Source: Gemmatimonadales bacterium
GTDB lineage: Bacteria > Gemmatimonadota > Gemmatimonadetes > Gemmatimonadales > GWC2-71-9
Assembly: GCA_037189525.1 (NCBI GenBank)
Contig: JBBCJC010000005.1
Location: 640,001-704,000, forward strand
Direction: 5' to 3'
DNA: 64,000 nt
Part shown: piece after piece, positions 1 to 10,329 of the stretch
Layout: the number at the start of each line of letters is the position of its first letter
How positions within the stretch are numbered: the first letter of the stretch is position 1
Notes under the pieces: model-generated
The model's input: the letters and a program-made list of their open reading frames with translations, nothing else
Databases searched by the model: none
Told to the model about the DNA's origin: nothing
Position numbers and translations under genes: made by a program

Positions 1-980
1 CAATACGCAGCAAACGACGCAAAGCCGTTGATATCGCCGCCGTGGGAAATTGCCGGCCGGCCCGCCAGATCGATCAGCGCAAATCCCATCCCATAGCGCA
101 GCTTGGTACCGTCGTTGAGCACAGCCGGCGCCACCAGGTCCTGATACGACTTCCGGCTCAGGATCCGATCGCTTTTGTGGAGCGCCTGGTTCCAGGCCGC
201 CAGGTCACCCGCCGTGGAACAGAGCGACCCCGCCGCAAACGGCCACCGATGGTTGACGAAGCCTTTGATGATGAGCCCGGTCGAATCCGTGTCGTAGCCG
301 TGCGCGTGACCCTTCCGGATCGTGCGCTCGTTGCAGTAGTAGGACCGTGACATGCCGGCCGGCGCAAACAGATGTTTGGCGACATAATCGGCATACGACA
401 TCCCGCTCACCTTTTCGACCAGCAGCCCGGCCAGGAAATAGCCCGAATTGTTGTAGGTCTGCTGCTCGCCCGTCGGGAAGTCGAACGGCTTGCCCTGGAC
501 CACCCGGACCAGCGAGTCACGCGGCACGTTGCTTTGCGAGATGGTCCGAAACTCCGGAATCTCGGTAATGCCTTTGATCCCCGAGGTGTGATCGAGCAGC
601 CGGCGAATCGAGATCCGATGCCCCTGCGTCTGATAGTCCGGCAAGTATTTGGTGATGTCGGCATCGAGATCGATCTTGCCCTCCGCAGCGAGCTGCAGGA
701 TGGCCACCGCGGTGAACTGCTTGGTCACCGACCCGATTTCGTAGCTCGCATTGGGCGGGGTCGCCACATCGTGCTCCAGGTCGGCAAACCCGTAACCCTT
801 GAGGACCAGCGTGTCCTTGCCGCGAATCACCGCGACCGAACCTCCGGCCAACCGCCCCGCCTTGATGGGCGCATTGACGAGCGAGTCGATCGCCGCCACC
901 ATCGCCGCCCGGTCGGGCTGCTGCTGCCCGGCTCCGGCCACCAGCAGGAACGCCATCGACCCCATCAGCCACGGCTTCAT
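1..980 (-). CDS. Serine hydrolase, beta-lactamase/PBP-like family (runs off the window edge)
   Basis: Not in the ORF track because it has no stop in the window. ATG at 980 with upstream GAGG; translates MKPWLMGSMAFLLVAG...YEIGSVTKQF (SxxK)...LLDHTSG...YNNSGY (YxN)...HGGDING. Confidence 0.88.
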   Translation of the reverse strand, partial: MKPWLMGSMAFLLVAGAGQQQPDRAAMVAAIDSLVNAPIKAGRLAGGSVAVIRGKDTLVLKGYGFADLEHDVATPPNASYEIGSVTKQFTAVAILQLAAEGKIDLDADITKYLPDYQTQGHRISIRRLLDHTSGIKGITEIPEFRTISQSNVPRDSLVRVVQGKPFDFPTGEQQTYNNSGYFLAGLLVEKVSGMSYADYVAKHLFAPAGMSRSYYCNERTIRKGHAHGYDTDSTGLIIKGFVNHRWPFAAGSLCSTAGDLAAWNQALHKSDRILSRKSYQDLVAPAVLNDGTKLRYGMGFALIDLAGRPAISHGGDINGFASFAAY

Positions 981-1141
981 CGTCACCTCTGTTCCTCTCA
1001 GTCACATCTGTGGATTGGACCGCCCCGGACGTCGGACCCGGCACCGCGCTGTACGATCCGGACCCGGCCCGGGTTTCGTTCGGCGGTTCGGCCAGCCGAG
1101 CCCGCTTCCCTCTGCGCGGCCCCGTTTCTATCCTCCATCCC

Positions 1142-2695
1142 ATGACTCGTATTGGCGTCTTCGGCTGGGGCCTCGTTGCCCCAAAATCTCCTGATATCGA
1201 GACCTTCGCGGCCAACCTGGCAACCGGCACGAGCTGGCTCGAGCCGTTCAACGGTTTCGGCCCGGATTCCTTCCTGGTCGGCCGGCCATCCTTCGATATC
1301 GAACGGTATCGCGGCTGGGTCAGCGATCGGTTTCCGCCCCGCCGCTTTGCCCAGCTGGTCGAGAAGATGGACGAGCCCACTCTCTTCGCGCTCGGATCGT
1401 TCATCCAGGCGCTCGGGCAGAATCCCGGTATCGAACAGGACCTCCAGGCCCTGGGCGGCGCCGCCCATGTCTACGTCGCCCCCGGCCTGGGTGCCATTGG
1501 CACCTACCACGACTCGGCGCTCGAACTCTATCATGCCCAAAGGCGCTGGGATCGATTCTGGGCCGATCCGGTCCGTAACCCGGCCCTGGCGGCACACCTG
1601 GACGGTGCAATCGACCCGGCCGCCCCGCCGTCGCCCGAAGGGGCCTCGATCGACGAACGGGATGCGCGGGAGAGCGCCTGGTGGCACTACTGGGCCGCGA
1701 AGGCCCCCGGGCTGGCCGCCTACCTCGACACCCTCCGGAGCATCGAAGGGCTCAACGTCGAGGGCGACATCGAAGCCGGTAAGATCAAGATGATGCGGGA
1801 CAAGAGCCGGCGGACCGCCGCGCTCGAAGCCGAGTCCGGAGCGCCCCTGCCGCCGTGGAAATCCGTCTCGGCCAACACGATCTGGAATATCCACAACACG
1901 CCTGCTGCGCAAATTTCGATGCTGGGCAAGATCACCGGCGTCGCCTTTGCCCCGGTCGGCGCCTGCTCGACCTTCGGGCTCGGTCTCAAGCTGGCCATCG
2001 ACGCCATCCGGCGCGGGGAAGCGAAGGCCGTGGTCGTCGGCGCGACCGACCCTTCGCCGCACCCGCTCGTCGTCGGCGCGTTTTATCAGGGCCGAGTCAT
2101 TTCGGCCGATGGCGACGTGTCGAAGCCCCTGCACGGGCTCCGGGGTACCCACGTGGCCGGCGGCGCGGTGGTCTGGATCGTCGGCGACTACGACTACTTC
2201 ACGGCCAAAGGCTATCGCCCGCTGGGCATGGAGCCCGTCAGCGTAGGGACGAGTTCCGATGCGCACCACATCATCACGCCAAGCACCGAAGGCCCCCTGG
2301 CAGCGATCCGCCAGGCCCTCGACCAGGCCCATGCCACGCCGGACGAGATCGGCACCTGGGATCTCCACGCCACGGCCACCCCGGGCGATTTCCTGGAAGT
2401 CGACAACATGCGGCGCGTGATCCCGTCGTCGGTGCTGGTGACGGCCCGCAAGGGAACCTTCGGCCACGGCATGGGCGGCGGCGGCGGCTGGGAGCTCACG
2501 GCCCAGTACCTTGGCGTCGAGCGCGGCAGCCTGTTCCCCACCCCGCTCAAGGCCTCGGAACTGCACCCGTCGATTCGGGCGGTCCATCCGCTCTTTGTCT
2601 TCGACGAGGCCGTCCCCGCGCCGGGTGGCCTCGCCGGCAAGCTCTCGATGGGCATCGGCGGGATCAACGCCTGCGTGCTCTCCCGCCCGTGGTAA
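1142..2695 (+). CDS. Beta-ketoacyl synthase (FabF/FabB-like condensing enzyme) with a large insertion
   Basis: Cys-His-His triad contexts GACST, DLHATAT and KGTFGHGMG; C-terminal MGIGGINA; start placed at MTRIGVFGWG. Confidence 0.85.
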   Translation: MTRIGVFGWGLVAPKSPDIETFAANLATGTSWLEPFNGFGPDSFLVGRPSFDIERYRGWVSDRFPPRRFAQLVEKMDEPTLFALGSFIQALGQNPGIEQDLQALGGAAHVYVAPGLGAIGTYHDSALELYHAQRRWDRFWADPVRNPALAAHLDGAIDPAAPPSPEGASIDERDARESAWWHYWAAKAPGLAAYLDTLRSIEGLNVEGDIEAGKIKMMRDKSRRTAALEAESGAPLPPWKSVSANTIWNIHNTPAAQISMLGKITGVAFAPVGACSTFGLGLKLAIDAIRRGEAKAVVVGATDPSPHPLVVGAFYQGRVISADGDVSKPLHGLRGTHVAGGAVVWIVGDYDYFTAKGYRPLGMEPVSVGTSSDAHHIITPSTEGPLAAIRQALDQAHATPDEIGTWDLHATATPGDFLEVDNMRRVIPSSVLVTARKGTFGHGMGGGGGWELTAQYLGVERGSLFPTPLKASELHPSIRAVHPLFVFDEAVPAPGGLAGKLSMGIGGINACVLSRPW

Positions 2696-2708
2696 CGTCT
2701 CTCCGGGC

Positions 2709-2738
2709 TTGACGGTCTGCCGATTCTGGCGGCATACT
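2709..2738 (+). promoter_or_regulatory. Putative sigma70 promoter (TTGACG-N18-CATACT), probably giving a leaderless mRNA
   Basis: Hexamers read directly; ATG at 2744 lies 5 nt after the -10 and has no SD. Confidence 0.45.
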
Positions 2739-2743
2739 CCCGA

Positions 2744-3928
2744 ATGCCCAAGACATATCCTGCGGTCACCATGTCCCGTCGAGGCATGGTGACTGCCGTC
2801 GGAGCCGCGCTGCTCGGCGCGCCGGCCATCGTACGCGGTCGCTATCAGCTCTTTGCCCAATCGCAGACGCGATACTCGGCCCGCGCCATCAAGCTGGTCG
2901 AAGAGTCGCTCACGATCGACATGTTGAACCAGTTCCGGTTCCCCGACTTCGCGGATAAGCCGCCGCTGTCGACCCGCTGGATCCAGCAGCCGGGCAGCTT
3001 TACCGCGGAGCAGTTTGCCGTCTATCGCGATTCGGGGCTCAAGGTCTTTGCCCTGGGCCATGGCGCCGGCGATTACGCCGCCGGCGTCAAGTACTTCGCC
3101 GACTGGAACGGCTTTCTGGCAGCCTACAGCGACTGGCTGATCCGGATCGACGACCTGGGCGACTTCGACCGCGTCCGCCAGCCGGGCAAGGTCGGAATCA
3201 TGCTCACCTTCCAGGGCTCCGATCATTTTCGCAGCCCCGAGGATGTCGACACCTTCTGGTCGCTCGGCCAGCGCGCTTCGCAGCTCACCTACAACTACGC
3301 CAACCGGATTGGCGCCGGTTTCCTGGAAAACGTCGACGGCGGCCTCACCGTCTTCGGCGAACGGATCGTCGACCGGATGAATCAGGTAGGCATGGCGGTG
3401 GACCTGTCGCACTGCGGCGACCAGACCACGCTCGACGGCATTGCCGCCTCGAAGAAGCCGGTCATCTTTTCGCACGCCAGCTGCCGGGCGCTCGTCCCCG
3501 AGTCGCTCCGCTGCAAAACCGACGACGCCATCCGTGCGCTTGCCAAGCAGGGCGGCGTCATGGGCATCCCGTTCCTCCGCTTCATGGTGCACGGCGAAGA
3601 ACCGGTAACGGTCGAGCACGTGCTCAACCACTTCGACCATGTCGCCAAGCTGGTGGGGGTCGAACACGTCGGGGTCGGCAGCGACATGGACCTGGTCGGC
3701 AACCCCAATCCGGTCAACGGGCCGCCGATCACCGAAACGCCGAACTGGGAACGGTATCGTCTGCACCGCGACCCCGAGGGCCGCATTACCGTGTCAGGGC
3801 TGGATCATCCGAAACGCACCTACGATCTGGCCGAAGGTCTGATCCGGCGGCGTTATGCGGATCGCGACATCGCGCTGATCCTGGGCGGTAACTTTGCCCG
3901 CGTGCTCGGAAAGATCTGGCCGGCCTGA
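2744..3928 (+). CDS. Membrane dipeptidase (peptidase M19), Tat-like signal
   Basis: SRRGMV twin-arginine-like N-terminus; VDLSH, IFSHA and HVGVGSD motifs. Confidence 0.85.
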   Translation: MPKTYPAVTMSRRGMVTAVGAALLGAPAIVRGRYQLFAQSQTRYSARAIKLVEESLTIDMLNQFRFPDFADKPPLSTRWIQQPGSFTAEQFAVYRDSGLKVFALGHGAGDYAAGVKYFADWNGFLAAYSDWLIRIDDLGDFDRVRQPGKVGIMLTFQGSDHFRSPEDVDTFWSLGQRASQLTYNYANRIGAGFLENVDGGLTVFGERIVDRMNQVGMAVDLSHCGDQTTLDGIAASKKPVIFSHASCRALVPESLRCKTDDAIRALAKQGGVMGIPFLRFMVHGEEPVTVEHVLNHFDHVAKLVGVEHVGVGSDMDLVGNPNPVNGPPITETPNWERYRLHRDPEGRITVSGLDHPKRTYDLAEGLIRRRYADRDIALILGGNFARVLGKIWPA

Positions 3929-3996
3929 CATCCCTGGCTGCCACCGCCCCATATCACGACCGGTGTGACCACCGCACCGGCAGGTCAAGAGCGACC

Positions 3997-4281
3997 GTGC
4001 GCACCAGACGAATCGTTTTCAGCTATCTGGCTATCATCGGCATCGGATTGGGGCCGCTGCTGATGGCGCTGGGCGCCGGTGCCGTCGCCAGCGGACTGGG
4101 CTGCAGGCTGAATGAAGCGGCAGCCTATCCCTGTCAGCTCGGCCCCTTCGATATCGGTGATACACTCTACAGTTTCGGGGTGATGGGATGGCTGAGCCTG
4201 GTTACCCTCCCGCTCGGTGCGCTGGCACTGGCCGGATTCACCCTGTACCTCCTGGTCCAACGACTGCGACGGGCCCGATGA
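3997..4281 (+). CDS. Small two-TM hypothetical membrane protein
   Basis: Two hydrophobic segments around a GC...PC loop; ATGA overlap with the next gene. Confidence 0.65.
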   Translation: MRTRRIVFSYLAIIGIGLGPLLMALGAGAVASGLGCRLNEAAAYPCQLGPFDIGDTLYSFGVMGWLSLVTLPLGALALAGFTLYLLVQRLRRAR

Positions 4282-5564
4282 GTCGACGTGTGCTTGCTGC
4301 CATCGTGTTCCTGACGTCGGGGCTGCTGGCTGCTCCGGCTGGTGCGCAAGAGGCCCTCCTGCTCCGCGAGCCCACCATCGTCGACGGACGCGGTGGCGCG
4401 CCGGTGACCGGGCATAGCGTGCTGATCCGCGAGGGGCGGATCGTGGCAATCGGCCCGGTCGACCGCCTCGACACCGGCGGTGCACGCATCATCGACCTGC
4501 GCGGCAAGTATCTCCTCCCCGGGCTGATCGACACGCACCTGCACAGTCCGCCCGATTCGGGAGCAGTCGCGGCCCGGATGTCATGGCTCTTCCGGAACGG
4601 CATCACCACGGCGAGGGACATGGCCGCCGATGCCCGCATCCTCGGCGTCGTGGCCAAAGCAACCGAACCGGCCAATGTCGCAAGCGCCCGGCTACGCTAC
4701 ATGGCCTTCTGGGCCGGGCCGTCCTTCTATCAGGTCGACAAACGCCCGATCGGCTCCACCCAGGGCAAACCGCTCGGTACGGTACCGTGGTTCCTGGCGG
4801 TGGCCAGCGCCGAGGGACTCGATCACCATGCTGACGAGGCCGCAGCGCTCGGCGCGCACGCGCTCAAGCTCTACACCGATCTGCCGGCCCCAGTTTTTCG
4901 GGCCGCCGTGGCGGCGGCCCATCGCAGCGGCCTGCTCGCCGCAAGCCACGCAGCGGTCTTTCCCCAACGCCCCAGCGCCGTCATCGCCGCCGGCGTCGAC
5001 GCCATTTCCCACTCCGCTCTTCTGGTTTGGGAAGCGGTCGACTCACTGCCGTCCCGCTTTCATACCGAGCCGCATACTAACTTCGGCCCGATCGGACCCT
5101 ACGCGCGCGTCCCTCCTGACGAACCACGGATCATCGCCGTGCTCGACAGCCTGCAGCGCCGCGGCACCATCCTCGATGCCACCGTACTCGCGATCGAAAA
5201 GGGCATCTCGCCGGAAGCATCGGCCTGGTCCTTGCGGGTGACCGCGCTGGCCCGGCAGCGAGGAGTGGCCATCAGCACCGGCACCGACCGCCCCGAAGCG
5301 CCCGACCCGAATCGACAGCCGGCACTGTTCGACGAGATCGAACTGTTGGTCCGCCAGGCCGGCTTCACACCGAGCGAAGCGATCACTGCCGCGACCTTGA
5401 ACGGCGCGCGCGCGATCGGCATCGCCGCCGATTACGGCACGATCGAAGTCGGCAAAGTGGCCGACCTCGTCGTCCTCGATGCGGATCCGACGGCTAACAT
5501 CGCGAACCTCCGCCGCATCTCAGCGACGATCAAAGCTGGAATGGTCTACACCACAATACCGTAG
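4278..5564 (+). CDS. Secreted amidohydrolase (metal-dependent TIM barrel)
   Basis: Signal peptide; LPGLIDTHLH (HxH), GTD and GTIEVGKVADLVVL motifs. Confidence 0.85.
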   Translation: MSRRVLAAIVFLTSGLLAAPAGAQEALLLREPTIVDGRGGAPVTGHSVLIREGRIVAIGPVDRLDTGGARIIDLRGKYLLPGLIDTHLHSPPDSGAVAARMSWLFRNGITTARDMAADARILGVVAKATEPANVASARLRYMAFWAGPSFYQVDKRPIGSTQGKPLGTVPWFLAVASAEGLDHHADEAAALGAHALKLYTDLPAPVFRAAVAAAHRSGLLAASHAAVFPQRPSAVIAAGVDAISHSALLVWEAVDSLPSRFHTEPHTNFGPIGPYARVPPDEPRIIAVLDSLQRRGTILDATVLAIEKGISPEASAWSLRVTALARQRGVAISTGTDRPEAPDPNRQPALFDEIELLVRQAGFTPSEAITAATLNGARAIGIAADYGTIEVGKVADLVVLDADPTANIANLRRISATIKAGMVYTTIP

Positions 5565-5593
5565 CACCCGGTCAGACAGCCCGCTGTCGCGAC

Positions 5594-5625
5594 ACGAATC
5601 GACACGGTCGACGATGTCGATTCGT
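5594..5625. terminator. Hairpin with 11-bp stem downstream of the amidohydrolase; possible terminator
   Basis: ACGAATCGACA...TGTCGATTCGT. Confidence 0.4.
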
Positions 5626-5721
5626 TACACGTCACCCCACGCCTCTTCGCACAAGTCTTTTACCGAGCGCCCTTTGGCTGCTCGACCTCGGCTGGCGCGC
5701 CGATTGCGCCATTCCCCCACC

Positions 5722-6192
5722 ATGAAGCGCGTCCTGCTTGCCATCCTGCTGACGGGATGTACGGTCAATCCGGTCGAAACGGGCCGGGAAGAGCTGTATT
5801 CCGGCTACTTCCTGTCTCGCGTCGACGATCAGTTCCTGCCTGTGCAAACCGGAGAACAGCCCGAAGGCATGATCCTGACGGGTGGATTCATCGGCTTCCT
5901 GAACGGCACGGCCAGGTACGACTCACACGGCGAGCGCATCGTGAGCGGTCTCGTCCGCCGCTCGAGCGTGGTACGGCCAGCTGGCGGTGGCGCCGAGACG
6001 CTCCAGCAGATCGAGCTGGAGTATCAGTTCAGCCAAGGCATCCTGCGGATCGATCTCTGCCCGCCAGAAGCCAATTGCCTCGTGCCGGCCGAACTGGTCG
6101 GTCCTGCCGACACCGACCAGCTCGAACTGACCCTGATGTTGAACGGTACGGCCCGGTCGAGCTATCGCTATCATGCCGCCCTACCGGATTGA
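5722..6192 (+). CDS. Hypothetical lipoprotein
   Basis: MKRVLLAILLTGC lipobox. Confidence 0.65.
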   Translation: MKRVLLAILLTGCTVNPVETGREELYSGYFLSRVDDQFLPVQTGEQPEGMILTGGFIGFLNGTARYDSHGERIVSGLVRRSSVVRPAGGGAETLQQIELEYQFSQGILRIDLCPPEANCLVPAELVGPADTDQLELTLMLNGTARSSYRYHAALPD

Positions 6193-6232
6193 TGCACCGA
6201 CGCAGGCCTCAACAGCAGTCGTGTGAGCGCGG

Positions 6233-8779
6233 CTACCGATTGATCCAATAAGACATCTTGAGCAGGAAGGTGTTCGTCGCCGGGGTCCGGAACAGCGCGC
6301 CCAGATCGCCGGAGAAGGAGCGCTCGCCGTAGCGCGTTTCCCGGTCGAAGCGGCCGTGCTGCCAGACCAGAAAGATTGCCGACCCCGGGCGATACTCCCA
6401 TCGCACCACCGCATTCGATCGAAACTGTTTGACGTTGAACTCGGCCGGATCGCCGGCGCCCGCGTACGGACGATACCGATCGTCATAGTCGGCGGCCCGG
6501 GGATCGGCCAGCTCGCGAATATTGCTGAAACGTCCCTTGCTGATGAACGGCTGGAGATACAACTGGACCGTCAGGTCCGGTGACGCCGTGTAGTCCACCC
6601 GGCCAACCACACTGGCCGTTCGCTGCGTCAGACGCCCGAAGGTGTAGTGCGTCGCCCCGCCGGCATCGACCACATTGTCATACCACTGGCGATCATCTTC
6701 GTTCCATCCGAAGCCCAGGCCCAGCGATGAGCTCCACCGGCTCGACACCCGGAAACGCATCGACGGGTCGATGCTGTACGATCGGCTCCGACCACCGTCC
6801 CGTCCGCCCGTGCTGAACCACAGGGATGGAATGATCACCATCCTGCTGTCGCCCTCGATACCGCCCCAGGCGGATTGGAAATTGTCCGTGCGCACCGCCG
6901 GACCGCCCCGAGCGCAGCGATCACAGTAGGCCTCACCCAGTCCGCTCGACGTTACCCCGCCATGAAGCCACCAGTTGTTCGGGAACGAGAAGTGCACGTT
7001 GGTATTGAAGGATCGCTCCAGCAGCAGCCCCTCCGTGTTCCACTCGCTCGCCTGATTGAAATTCCAGAACAGCTGGCGGAAAAACGGCCCGGGTTGGTTG
7101 AAGGCGAGTTGCATCCAGGTTGCCTGCGCCTGCCAGTCGGCCCGGCGGAGAAACCCCAGGTCGTTGATCTCGAACCCGGGCGAGACCCGCTGATAGCTCG
7201 TCTCGAACCGAACCTTGCCTCCCCCGACCTTGGCCAGCCGCAGTTGCTGGGCAGTGCCCGACAGGCTCGTCCGCGTAGGGTCGAAGCTCAACTCGGCGTC
7301 GGGACGCTGGAAGTAGTGCACGGAACTGGTCTGAGTCGCCGCGATGGATGCAGGATCGCCGGCCACGCGCGACCCGATCAACTGGCCCGACAGTTCGAAC
7401 TGATTACGTGCAAAGCGATGCCGGAAATCGACGCCGCCCACCACTGCGCTCGACCTGAGCGCATCCTCGGTCCAGCCGTCGTTGGCCCGCTGCACCATGG
7501 TGCCGATCACGCCGATGCCGGAGGCGCCCCGCCGGAAATCTTTGGTGAGACGTGCGACGGTGTAGCTGGTGCGCGGTTCGATGGTTCGGTCGCCGGTGCC
7601 GACCTCGCGCCCCGTCACCGCTTCGAGCAGGCCAACCGACCAGCCACTGGGCGTTCGCCCCGTCAGCTTGGCAGCGCCGAGGATCGTCGTGCCCGTCGGT
7701 GAGGTGGCGTCGCCGTAGCGATCCGAGAGCGAGGGCGCCCGGCCGATCCGCCGCGAGTAGAACAGCATTTCGTTGCCGCAGTCCCGGACGACATAACAAT
7801 TGACCCGCATGCTGAGCAAGCTGCCGCCCTCGATGAAGAAAGGGCGCCGCTCTCCGAAGAACGTCTCGAACGCCGTGAGGTTGAGCTGCGCCGGATCGGC
7901 CTCGACCTGCCCGAAGTCCGGATTGACGGTCGCATCGAGCGTCAGGTTCGACGACACCCCGAACTTGAGGTCGACGCCGCCCGCCAGTCGCTGCGGATGC
8001 CGGGCTCCGGTACCCTCGAAGACCGTCTCGTTCTTGGTGAGCAGATACGGGCTGATCTCCGCCCGCCGCGGCGACGGCAGCCCCTCGAAGCCGGTCACCT
8101 CACCCAGCTGCGACGCGATCCCCGCCTGATTCCGCTGAAAACTCGGCCAGCTGACCCGTTCCTTATGCCGCTCGATATCCCGCCAGATCCCGACTCCGAA
8201 GGTGTGGCTGTCCGCCGCGCCGTAACGGAGTTGCGACAGCGGAATCCGAAACTCCGCCGTCCAGCCGAGCGAATCGACCGTCGTCCCGACATCCCAGACG
8301 CCGTCCCATGCGACGTCCTCGTTGGAATCGTTGTAGAGAGAAAAGTCCAGCTTGACGCCCGCCGGATTGACCGCAAATTGAAATCCCGACCGGCGATCGT
8401 GATAGGAGTCGACGATGACTTTGACCTGATCGGTCGGCCCGCGCACATCTCGGCGCGAGAGCAGCCGGAGCAGCTTATCGGGCTCCGGGTCGAACATTCG
8501 GACAAAGATGTAAAGGTTCCGACTGTCGTACGCGATTCGGGCCTCGGTCCGGTACCTGGGTACCTTGCCCTCGATCGGTTCGAACTCGTAGAAGTCGGTA
8601 ATCGGAACGGCGACCCGCCAGATCGCGTCGTCATCGCGCCCGTCGACCAGCGGACTCTGATCGGCGCGCACGGCAGCGGCTCGCCGTTCGGGCGGTGCCG
8701 CTGCAACATGCGCAGCCGGAATCACGGCTGTGGCCTGAAACAGGCCAATGGATAGGGCTACCAGCATCCGGTCGTCCAA
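6233..8779 (-). CDS. DUF5916-type protein with N-terminal carbohydrate-binding family 9-like domain, probably outer membrane
   Basis: W-x-AEFRIP, TVNPDFGQVEAD and FF-x-ERRPFF-x-EG motifs; aromatic beta-strand C-terminus KMSYWINR. Confidence 0.8.
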   Translation of the reverse strand: MDDRMLVALSIGLFQATAVIPAAHVAAAPPERRAAAVRADQSPLVDGRDDDAIWRVAVPITDFYEFEPIEGKVPRYRTEARIAYDSRNLYIFVRMFDPEPDKLLRLLSRRDVRGPTDQVKVIVDSYHDRRSGFQFAVNPAGVKLDFSLYNDSNEDVAWDGVWDVGTTVDSLGWTAEFRIPLSQLRYGAADSHTFGVGIWRDIERHKERVSWPSFQRNQAGIASQLGEVTGFEGLPSPRRAEISPYLLTKNETVFEGTGARHPQRLAGGVDLKFGVSSNLTLDATVNPDFGQVEADPAQLNLTAFETFFGERRPFFIEGGSLLSMRVNCYVVRDCGNEMLFYSRRIGRAPSLSDRYGDATSPTGTTILGAAKLTGRTPSGWSVGLLEAVTGREVGTGDRTIEPRTSYTVARLTKDFRRGASGIGVIGTMVQRANDGWTEDALRSSAVVGGVDFRHRFARNQFELSGQLIGSRVAGDPASIAATQTSSVHYFQRPDAELSFDPTRTSLSGTAQQLRLAKVGGGKVRFETSYQRVSPGFEINDLGFLRRADWQAQATWMQLAFNQPGPFFRQLFWNFNQASEWNTEGLLLERSFNTNVHFSFPNNWWLHGGVTSSGLGEAYCDRCARGGPAVRTDNFQSAWGGIEGDSRMVIIPSLWFSTGGRDGGRSRSYSIDPSMRFRVSSRWSSSLGLGFGWNEDDRQWYDNVVDAGGATHYTFGRLTQRTASVVGRVDYTASPDLTVQLYLQPFISKGRFSNIRELADPRAADYDDRYRPYAGAGDPAEFNVKQFRSNAVVRWEYRPGSAIFLVWQHGRFDRETRYGERSFSGDLGALFRTPATNTFLLKMSYWINR

Positions 8780-8834
8780 GCGGGGAACGACCGTTAGACT
8801 CCTCCTGTCCGCGAAACGTTGCTTGGCTCTGGCC

Positions 8835-10244
8835 CTACTTGCCGTTGTTGGAAAAGTTGATCAGCCGCCCGACCAGGACGTCGAGCGCGGTGCCGGTGCG
8901 CCCGCCCTCGTCGTACCCGTTGGTCGTGGCGATGACCGCCAGGCCGCGGCCAAGTCCAACCCACGCCACCGAATGATTGGTCGTGTTGCTGCCGCTGTGG
9001 GTCACCGTTCTGCCGTTGGCCCATGAACGGGTCGTCGTGATCCACCCGATCGCGTAGAGATCGGACGAGCTGGCCGAGAGTGTGGTAATGCCGGTGGTGA
9101 GGTGCCGGCCGCTGGCGGCGCTGATCAACGCTCCCGAACCGCCATCAGCTTTCATCATCTCTTGAATCACCCGCGCCCAATCGCGGATCGGCATATGCGC
9201 CCGACCCGCTGCCGACAGCCCCGGCGGGTTGTCGCAAGCCTCGCAGGCCACCCAGGTGTTGTTCTGGAACCGATGCGCCACCGGCTGATCCTGCGAACCG
9301 GCCGGCGCCTGCGGCCCCCAGCCGGCGCCGTTGACACCCAGCGGACCCCAGAGATGCTGCTGCATCAGGTCTTCGTAGGTACCACCCATGGCCCGCTCGA
9401 TCATGGCGCCCGCAATCACGAACCCGACATTGCTGTAGAAATAGGTGCCGTAGCTCACCGCCGGCGCATTGGTCAGACCATATCGCGCCAGCAGTTCGCG
9501 CTGCTCGCGGGCCGTGTTTGCGGCATACTGCGGCGTGCCGGGATCGTTGCGCACTCCACTTCGGTTAGCCAGCAGATCCTGCAAGGTGACGTTCTGGAAT
9601 TCGGCCCGGATCTGAGCCGACCACTCGGGGAACCAATCGACCACCTTGGCATCCCAGGTGATGTCTCCCCGGTCGACCGCAATCGCAGCAAGCGCGCCCG
9701 TCTGCGCCTTGAGATTGGAACCGATGTGCCACTTGTCGTCGATGGTGACTCGCGCCGTGCCTCCCGCCCGGCGGAACCCGCCGACCCCGGCACGAATCTC
9801 GGTGAGCGAGATGATGGCGCCTGCCATGGCCGGCATGTTGTGCGCCGCCCGCACCGAATCCACGATCCGATCCAGACTCGGCGCTTTGACCTCGATCTGG
9901 GCCGTTCCGTTCACCGATCCCGACGTTGCGGTGATCGTCGCCGTGCCGGCGCCGACCGCCGTGATGACGCCGCTGCCGCTCACCGTGGCGACCCCCTGGG
10001 CATTCGAACCCCAGGTAAAGGTCGTGGCCACGGCAGCTCCGCTGGCCGAGCGCCCTTCCGCCTGCGCGGTAACCGTCATACCGGGATAGAGATCACCACT
10101 CGGCACCGACACGGCAACCGTGGCCACGGCGGCAGGCGGGGGTGGCGGCGGGGGCGGTGGAGGCGTCGGACCCGACGGCCCACCCCCTCCACACCCGGCA
10201 GCGACGAACACACCGGCGGCAACCAGCCAGGCGCGATTGATCAT
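8835..10244 (-). CDS. Lipoprotein serine hydrolase with polyproline linker and Ig-like (Big_2) domain
   Basis: AAGC lipobox, Pro run, Ig-like VATVSGSGVITAVGAGTATITAT segment, HIGSNLK (SxxK), YSN, HSGS. Confidence 0.85.
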   Translation of the reverse strand: MINRAWLVAAGVFVAAGCGGGGPSGPTPPPPPPPPPPAAVATVAVSVPSGDLYPGMTVTAQAEGRSASGAAVATTFTWGSNAQGVATVSGSGVITAVGAGTATITATSGSVNGTAQIEVKAPSLDRIVDSVRAAHNMPAMAGAIISLTEIRAGVGGFRRAGGTARVTIDDKWHIGSNLKAQTGALAAIAVDRGDITWDAKVVDWFPEWSAQIRAEFQNVTLQDLLANRSGVRNDPGTPQYAANTAREQRELLARYGLTNAPAVSYGTYFYSNVGFVIAGAMIERAMGGTYEDLMQQHLWGPLGVNGAGWGPQAPAGSQDQPVAHRFQNNTWVACEACDNPPGLSAAGRAHMPIRDWARVIQEMMKADGGSGALISAASGRHLTTGITTLSASSSDLYAIGWITTTRSWANGRTVTHSGSNTTNHSVAWVGLGRGLAVIATTNGYDEGGRTGTALDVLVGRLINFSNNGK

Positions 10245-10329
10245 GGGTTCCTCCTCAAAGAACGAGGGCGAATATGTAGGATGTGACGCGCAATCCGAGC
10301 CCGATCAGGATCACACGATGCCGCCCGAC

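Noticed and set aside
998..3766. 922-aa minus-strand ORF
   Set aside because: Antisense shadow of the ketosynthase and dipeptidase genes; no motifs; typical of high-GC DNA.
10134..10166. G-rich triplet repeat
   Set aside because: It simply encodes the polyproline linker of the serine hydrolase.
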